Below, one piece after another: positions 60,534-64,000 of a stretch of DNA of 64,000 nt (positions are counted from its first letter, which is position 1; each line of letters opens with the position of its first letter). Origin of the DNA: Psilocybe cubensis (Eukaryota); contig CM039008.1 of assembly GCA_017499595.2 (NCBI GenBank), positions 1,240,001 through 1,304,000 on the forward strand, given 5' to 3'. Under the pieces are notes generated by a model. That model saw nothing but the letters and a program-made list of their open reading frames with translations. It was not told the DNA's origin and ran no database searches. A program made the position numbers and the translations under genes.

Positions 60534-61261
60534 GGTAGGTTTCAAGTCTACGTGCAATTTGGACCTGCAAGTAGATGGACGTTGAGAAGAGGGAATAAAT
60601 AACGACGCCTCACATTATGTATTTAAACCACTGGCCAGTCAATATAGGCATTGTGCCATTTTACTAATGGCACGCGCGTGTCCACGCATGGCGATTGACG
60701 CGTTATGGTCACATGTGGACAACCGGATAAAAAGTGAACTGTTTAGTAGAAAACTGAACTATGGCACAAAAAGTAAACTTTTACAAAATTTCACCGAGTT
60801 CACATTTCAAGTTCAGATTATTTGGGCAAGTTCACTTTCTGGTTCAGATTTCAAGTTCAGAAAAATATCTGTACTGTAAATTTCTACTGTCGAACTTCTG
60901 ATTGAACTGGGGATCCAACATGTGAAGACTGCTCAACAAGAGCTTGCCAATCTTCAGACAAGATTGGAAGGAATCATTCAGGTCAGCAGCCCTGCAGTTT
61001 ATGCACGCGGTTTCTAATACTTATAACCCCATAGGAAAATAACATTCTAAAAAGAAAGACTGACCGTTTGCGCCAAAAGCTTTTGGCCATCCGAGAATCG
61101 GCAAAATCTTAGAATTATGATGTAGTTTCCAATCAGTTTCATTTTTATCAAAGATAGTTACTGAGTCATGGGACAAGCGCTTATATGGACTTTGATGGAG
61201 CACAGTCAATGAAAGTTAAGCGCCTTGGCAATGTCTCTTTGTGAAGCAGTCCAGAGTAGCA

Positions 61262-61464
61262 AGTTTAATTCCATTTGCATTTGCGACAACACCGATAGGG
61301 ACCAGCAACAACATCATCAATAGGAACAAGTAGCACTACGTTTAGTTTTGAGTTTAATTCCATTTGCATTTGCGATAACACCGTAGGGACCAATAGGCAC
61401 AAGTAGCACTACATTTGCATTTGCAACAACATTGATAGGGACAAGTAGCACTACGTTTAGTTTT
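61262..61464. repeat. Imperfect tandem repeat, ~3 units built from CATTTGCATTTGC...TAGGGAC...CAAGTAGCACTAC
   Basis: Blocks recur at about 61271, 61360 and 61412. Confidence 0.75.
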
Positions 61465-62691
61465 CTGAATCATAAATCAAGGAAGCGATGAATTCAGCCT
61501 CCGTGTGAGGAACTCCTCTTTCAAAAAGTTCTTCTACAAAAGCACTATCGTCCTCAAGATGAGTTGTCCAAAGATGATGAATCACCCAAAGAGCAATTGA
61601 AGTATAACCATGGGATCGAAAGTACCACATAGCCAGCGGATTAAATTGAGGCGACTCTTCATCGTGATAGACCTCAGAAGCCTGATACAATGTCTTGACT
61701 ATACCTCGGAGATGACGAATGTGGCTCCAAACTTGAATGGGCTGTTCCACATCAAGCGCAGTAAAGTCCAAAGGTGGACTTTGCCTCGCCGTTGATTTCT
61801 CTGGAACACAGTAAGCTATCGCCCTACTTTGCCAATACAGACATTGATACTTACTAGTAGAAAAGACCTGAGCTCGAAACACATTCTTGCTCTTTGAAGC
61901 CAAAGGAGAAGGCGGTGATGTTGATGATCCAAAGACGACATTATCTAAATATTCAGTTAGACCAGGGTGGATTATATGTACGATCACTTACTGTTCACTT
62001 TGAATGGCAAACTTGAGCCTGCAGAAGGACCAGCAGACGGTGGAGAGGACGGGGTATGTTTTGACGGGGTCTGTGGGGTTTGTTTCAACGGCGTTGACGG
62101 CAATTGTTTTCCTTTCCCTTTTCCCGTAATCTTCTTTGGGTTTGGGGTCCACATAAACTGGTCAGTACCTATGCCTCGAAGCACCATCCATGCCAGGCCT
62201 TCCTGGAAGTTTTCGCACCTCTTCCATTGGGCAAAAAAACAGCCAGATATTTGGGACATTACGTCGGGACTAAAGCATAAATTAGAGTTTGGCATCAAGT
62301 AAAAAAAGAAATCGAAATCGCACTATGATCTAGCTAGAAAAGGAGAGCCATTGCACCGTAATACAGGATAGTATACACCTGTTATATTGTGCTTTTGACA
62401 AAGCTGGTGTATCGCATCGTTCTCCAGGATCCATCGTGCGGTTTCATTTGCGGTAGAGCGGAATCCAATGCCTGATTGAATTATTTCATTCACCATGGCA
62501 ATATCGACGGCGTCATTTTCCCTCGTCATTTTGACCACAATTGGCCACAGAGGTGCATCGCTTCCTGCAACAACCATTGGACTGCTCCAGAAGTAAGTGA
62601 CCTGCATGTTAGGACAATGAAATACTACTTGCCTACGGTCATGAATACCAGGGTTCTTTCCGCCCAGTACAGCAAATATTCTGTCGCCCAT
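61457..62691 (-). CDS. Hypothetical protein with possible RNase H1 N-terminal/viroplasmin-like motifs, multi-exon
   Basis: MGDRIFAVLGGKNPGIH, YYPVLR, WKRCENFQEGLAWM, Pro/Ser linker, helical C-terminus ending AEFIASLI. Confidence 0.5.
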
Positions 62692-62982
62692 TGTGGTTAA
62701 GGAAGGGGAGAGGAAAGGGAGAACGAGGAAAGGGAGAACGAACAAAGCAAACGTTGGCGTTCGGCTGTGAATAAATGCACCGTAAAACCCTAAATTTTCT
62801 TATCCAAAATGAGTGATATGATTCAGTGATTCCTAATTTCAGGAATGATCTGTTACACACCTGAATTGTTTGGAAATGATGCCTCATAGATCCATTAATT
62901 ATCCGCATAGTGAATAGAAATTGATTCCGATGACCAAGCGTAGGTATTTAGCTGATCGGTCAGTCATTATTTACCGACCTGC

Positions 62983-63696
62983 ATGTCGCAATCTCCATCC
63001 CCTCGAAAGCCTCCACAATGTCGTTCATGCAAGTTGCCAATGAAAGGGCACAAAAAACTCGGCCTCTGTCTATCACCTGCAAAGACCGGAGATCCAAACA
63101 CTATTGTCACTTCTGATCGCGAACTTCTTCCTGCTCTTGCTCCTGTCGGAACCAGTCCACATACCCAATTGCCGGACTCTACCATTGTCCATGACCCTGC
63201 CCATCGTGTTCGTCCGCCTAGATATCCTCAGTCCATAATTTCTGCACCATCCTTCACCATTCCGGAGACCGGTTATTTTCATTGTCGCAATCCCAACTTT
63301 CACCATCCACCTGCCCAGCCGCTTACCAAGTCTTGTCAAAGTTCAGAAAAGCCGGCCACCAACGGTGAAAGCATAGTGCTACTGGGTTCACATTCATCCC
63401 AGAAGGAACGGGCCCAGCCACTGATTCTGCGAAATACCAGTCCAATTATTGGAGATGGGTCGGCATACTTCAGTTTCGGCACTTCAAGTACATCTCCACC
63501 ACCACAGACGCGAGTCGTTAGCCCAAAACCAAAGGGTGATCACGATTTAACACACCATCAGCACACTAGCCCTCAGGTCAAGAGTGCTTCCGATCTTGAA
63601 TTTTCTGTTCATGTCCGTGATATATTTGTTGTGGGTTTTATTGGAGTATTTTTGGTGACACTAATGACGATCCTGGCCATGTATTTGTGCATTTAA
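62983..63696 (+). CDS. Hypothetical protein with N-terminal CxxC..MKGH...C zinc-knuckle-like motif and C-terminal TM anchor
   Basis: 237-aa ORF: QCRSCKLPMKGHKKLGLC ... IFVVGFIGVFLVTLMTILAMYLCI. Confidence 0.6.
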   Translation: MSQSPSPRKPPQCRSCKLPMKGHKKLGLCLSPAKTGDPNTIVTSDRELLPALAPVGTSPHTQLPDSTIVHDPAHRVRPPRYPQSIISAPSFTIPETGYFHCRNPNFHHPPAQPLTKSCQSSEKPATNGESIVLLGSHSSQKERAQPLILRNTSPIIGDGSAYFSFGTSSTSPPPQTRVVSPKPKGDHDLTHHQHTSPQVKSASDLEFSVHVRDIFVVGFIGVFLVTLMTILAMYLCI

Positions 63697-64000
63697 TGGA
63701 AATTCAGTAGGAAAAAGGGATTAGAATATCATTAGATACAAACAGCGGCGCCATTTATAACTTCTGTATCGATAATAAGACTAACGTAGTTGCCTACAGT
63801 TAAATGAAAAGTTTACCTTCTCCGGCGGCATCCTGCACAAAAATACGCACCACGCTCTTCAATTGGCTTCAACTTTTGAATTGAAGCGGTAGGAATCAGT
63901 AAAATATAGGTAGGCATGGTTCAAAAACTTACACGTGATTCATTGTGGTTTGCCCATCTTACAATATACAAACAGAGGTGGTCCGTTGAGATTTTGACTT

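Larger units (their letters stand above)
53858..60889. mobile_element. Complete KDZ-class (CxC5/CxC6) DNA transposon, 7032 bp, with imperfect ~63-bp TIRs and subterminal GTTCA/TGAAC repeats
   Basis: Left end CACTAAAAATTTATGGTTCAC...CTGAACCTGAAATCTAAACC versus right-end reverse complement CAGTAGAAATTTACAGTACAG...CTGAACTTGAAATCTGAACC. It encloses a transposase and a convergent accessory ORF, and the flanks rejoin into one gene. Confidence 0.85.
53606..61112 (+). pseudogene. Small (~122 aa) coiled-coil protein gene split by the KDZ-class insertion; exons 53606-53725, 53779-53857 + 60890-60981, 61035-61112
   Basis: MDSVMDSQAA...TLDGK|IYVRIAYDKFAEMMKEKQDFIELRAS^IELLIELGIQHVKTAQQELANLQTRLEGIIQ|ENNILKRKTDRLRQKLLAIRESAKS*; two 53-nt GT-AG introns with CTAAT branch sites. 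Confidence 0.7.

Noticed and set aside
61262-61464. Repeat-spacer-like pattern suggesting a CRISPR array
   Set aside because: Eukaryotic context, irregular degenerate units, no unique spacers of constant length, no cas genes.
63780-64000. Possible 3' exons of a minus-strand gene entering from the right edge (..GAYFCAGCRRR)
   Set aside because: Too little sequence to support a call.

Overview
Intron-rich fungal DNA, most likely from an agaricomycete mushroom (short GT-AG introns; basidiomycete-type gene and transposon families). It has two compartments. From 1 to ~40 kb is a gene-dense region: three intron-containing tRNA-Gly(GCC) genes, homocysteine S-methyltransferase, eIF3L, V-ATPase subunit E, two tandem GH95 alpha-fucosidases, a CUE protein, a class I glutamine amidotransferase, a Na/K-ATPase-like P-type pump, a Syn8-like SNARE, a GNAT-Mss4 fusion, and a divergent PLP-enzyme/O-methyltransferase pair. 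From ~40.9 to 64 kb is a nested DNA-transposon complex. It begins with a CACTA/EnSpm-like (Tnp2) transposase split by a 2.77-kb foldback element with 856-bp near-perfect inverted arms and a 7-bp target-site duplication (TSD). Next come captured host-gene fragments, twin hairpins, an apparently intact TET/JBP dioxygenase and a transposon-associated ORF. A complete 7.0-kb CxC5/CxC6 KDZ-class element follows; its terminal inverted repeats (TIRs) can be read directly, it carries its own captured fragments, and it appears to have inserted without a TSD into the centre of the palindrome TTCGA^TCGAA. Gene models were spliced by eye and family assignments come from recognising motifs, not from database searches.
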